46,778 nt of DNA, taken from positions 1-46,778 of the forward strand of contig JAUCBJ010001450.1 in NCBI GenBank assembly GCA_032718475.1, read 5' to 3'. The DNA comes from Nemertoderma westbladi (Eukaryota; Animalia; Xenacoelomorpha). A program made the position numbers and the translations under genes. Positions 44,604-46,778 of the stretch are shown here, piece after piece. Position 1 is the first letter of the stretch. Every line of letters starts with the position of its first letter. The notes below the pieces were generated by a model. That model did no database searches and had not been told where the DNA came from. It was given only the letters and a program-made list of their open reading frames with translations.

Positions 44604-46697
44604 ATGGAGAGTAAAATTGGGAGGAAGGATATGGAAAGTAAAGAAATTAGCTTGAAAACTGCGAATTCGTTGCTGGAGTTTCAGTTAGAAGAACAAGAAC
44701 CTATCGATGTTTCGTCAGTGGAAACTAGTTTCTATTCCTGCAATACATCAGTGCAAAACTTGCGTCATTCGTTAAGAAAATCCCTTATCTTAGCAGAAAG
44801 ATTTCGAATCGATACGTACGACACTGCTATAAAAACTGGTAAATTCAAGAAGGCCGAGGACCGTAGAATCTTTGGATTCGCAAAGAATAAAGATACATTT
44901 TATAAAATTAAAAATTGGAGACCAGAGGAAGACACAATGGAATCGATTTGGGATTCTAAGTTTCAATATATTCTAAGCTGCATCGGATGTGTTGTCGGAA
45001 TGGGAAATATTTTGTACTTTCCAAAGAGGATGGTGGAAAATGGCGGTGGAGTATTTCTCATACCTTATTTAATTTTACTTCTTATTGTGGGTCTACCAGT
45101 GCTAACATTTGAGTTAGGTATTGGACAACTCACGAGACAAGGACCGTGGAATGTGTATGAAACATTGCATCCAAGGTTAGCTGGAATTGGTGTTTCCCAA
45201 GTAATTCTTTGTGGCTTCCTCGTTATTTCCTATAGTATCGATATATCCTATTGTATATTTTACTCAGCTATGACGTTTAGAAATAAATTACCTTGGAGTT
45301 CATGTAATATGTTAGGGGGAAACAATTTAGTTATTGAGTTCAAAAATCAAACGTGTGAAGAACTTGGGGCAGGTAGTTTCTTTTGGTACAATGAAACCTT
45401 AAGCCTACCAAAAAATATCAGTGAATCTATATATTTTAGTAACCCCATCGTTATAGCAACTGTCATAACTTGGTTAATGGTCGTTACTAGTCAGACACAT
45501 GGAGCTATGGGGTCTACCAGGGTTGTGTATTTCACAGCTACAATTCCTTATCTCACCTTGTTTTGCTTACTCATATTATCGGTTGATATGTCAGGAAGTT
45601 ATGAAGGGTTGCAATATGCTTTCGCACCTGAAAAATTTAAAGATGTATTCACATTCAAAGTGTGGACATCTGCGGCATTGCAAGTTGCATTTTCATTGTC
45701 GCTTGGGATAGGGTTTCATACATTGATGGGAGCAACGCAACCTAGACAGAATAATTTTTTTCGAGATGCCATTTTATTATGTGGTGTTGAACTGGTAACT
45801 TCAATAATGGCTTCTGTAGTTGTATTTAGTATGGCTGGACACAATGCTCATGAAGAGGAATGCCATGGAATCCCAGAAGAAGATGAACAACATAGTCATT
45901 GTATAAAAGGCGCACTTGATAAAATGGGTGACCTAAATGGACCTACTTTGGCTTTTGTTACAATGACTAGGGTCATTTTAGAAATAAGTCCGGATCATGC
46001 TTCATCGTGGTCACTTCTTCTGTTTGTAACATTAATATTATTAGGAATTGATTCAATGTTTGGATTTATTCAAAGTATTATAAATGCTCTCGAAGATCAC
46101 AAGTTTACTCTAAGAATTCCAGAGATTTATCGTGTTTGTCTTATATGCCTTTTTCTTTTCCTTTTCAGTTTGGTATTTACACTAAACATTGGGCCATTTC
46201 TTAAAGAAATATTTGAGAAATTTATGTCTAATATGTGTATGATGGTGATTGGATGCATTTCTTACACATCAGTTTTACGCAGGGTTGGTATACATCGGAT
46301 TATAAGCGATTTTGAGACGATGCTTGGGTTTAAAATAAATATCTTTATATCATTCTCAATGGTTTATCTTACTGTTCCTGTTTATATTATTCTTGCAACA
46401 TTGGGTATACATTACTCTTTCACTGAAGGTACAACATACACATGTTTCAATACTGAGACTCAAAATGTTGAACAATGCGAAACTCCGCCATATGTATGTA
46501 TTATATGTCTATTATTGACTTTATTTACTCTCATCTGGATTCCTTTACTTTCGATCTTAGAAATCTTCACTCATCAATGTTGTGTTCTCAGACATCGACA
46601 GAAATACTTTCCAAGGCGGACCCTTCGTGAGTTTCACGGATTAGGACCTCAAACGGAATTCAGTAATTTGGAAAGAAAACTATTTCGCTTTGGATGA
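44604..46697 (+). CDS. SLC6/NSS sodium-dependent transporter (697 aa), closest in motifs to the SLC6A15-20 amino-acid transporter group; single coding exon
   Basis: WDSKFQYILSCIGCVVGMGN..FP...NGGGVFLIPY, ELGIGQ..RQG, LPWSSC, FFWYNETL, VVYFTATIPY, VWTSAALQVAFSLSLG, GPTLAF, LGIDSMFG; about 12 hydrophobic segments; AATAAA at 46754. Confidence 0.95.
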   Translation: MESKIGRKDMESKEISLKTANSLLEFQLEEQEPIDVSSVETSFYSCNTSVQNLRHSLRKSLILAERFRIDTYDTAIKTGKFKKAEDRRIFGFAKNKDTFYKIKNWRPEEDTMESIWDSKFQYILSCIGCVVGMGNILYFPKRMVENGGGVFLIPYLILLLIVGLPVLTFELGIGQLTRQGPWNVYETLHPRLAGIGVSQVILCGFLVISYSIDISYCIFYSAMTFRNKLPWSSCNMLGGNNLVIEFKNQTCEELGAGSFFWYNETLSLPKNISESIYFSNPIVIATVITWLMVVTSQTHGAMGSTRVVYFTATIPYLTLFCLLILSVDMSGSYEGLQYAFAPEKFKDVFTFKVWTSAALQVAFSLSLGIGFHTLMGATQPRQNNFFRDAILLCGVELVTSIMASVVVFSMAGHNAHEEECHGIPEEDEQHSHCIKGALDKMGDLNGPTLAFVTMTRVILEISPDHASSWSLLLFVTLILLGIDSMFGFIQSIINALEDHKFTLRIPEIYRVCLICLFLFLFSLVFTLNIGPFLKEIFEKFMSNMCMMVIGCISYTSVLRRVGIHRIISDFETMLGFKINIFISFSMVYLTVPVYIILATLGIHYSFTEGTTYTCFNTETQNVEQCETPPYVCIICLLLTLFTLIWIPLLSILEIFTHQCCVLRHRQKYFPRRTLREFHGLGPQTEFSNLERKLFRFG

Positions 46698-46778
46698 TGT
46701 TTCCAAACCCAGAATAGCTTACTGTGGGGAAATTCAAAATTAAGATGAAATACAATAAAAATATGACCCGTCACTGTT

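Overview
Eukaryotic (metazoan-like, AT-rich, TE-dense) DNA; no prokaryotic features. It is dominated by two divergent Bel/Pao LTR retrotransposons on the + strand. Element 1 (<1-12045, 5' end outside the window) sits against an old L2/CR1-type LINE. Element 2 (17495-33264) is complete, with apparently identical 1171-bp LTRs and an AGGGG target-site duplication. The most striking feature is an extra, non-env ORF between pol and the 3' LTR in both elements. Both extra ORFs share a cluster of three CCHC zinc knuckles, a similar downstream segment and a basic tail. In element 1 this module is fused to what reads as a DEDDy (RNase D/WRN/EXD-like) 3'-5' exonuclease and is preceded by an array of 13 GGTAC-GTA-GTACC mini-hairpins. 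The rest contains two solo LTRs (each with a 5-bp TSD and termini matching one element), RTE LINE fragments, Merlin-type and piggyBac-type non-autonomous DNA transposons, long inverted repeats, and one host gene: an SLC6 (Na+:neurotransmitter/amino-acid symporter) with a single coding exon and an altered TM1 gate motif. All domain calls come from motifs read by eye; no searches were run.
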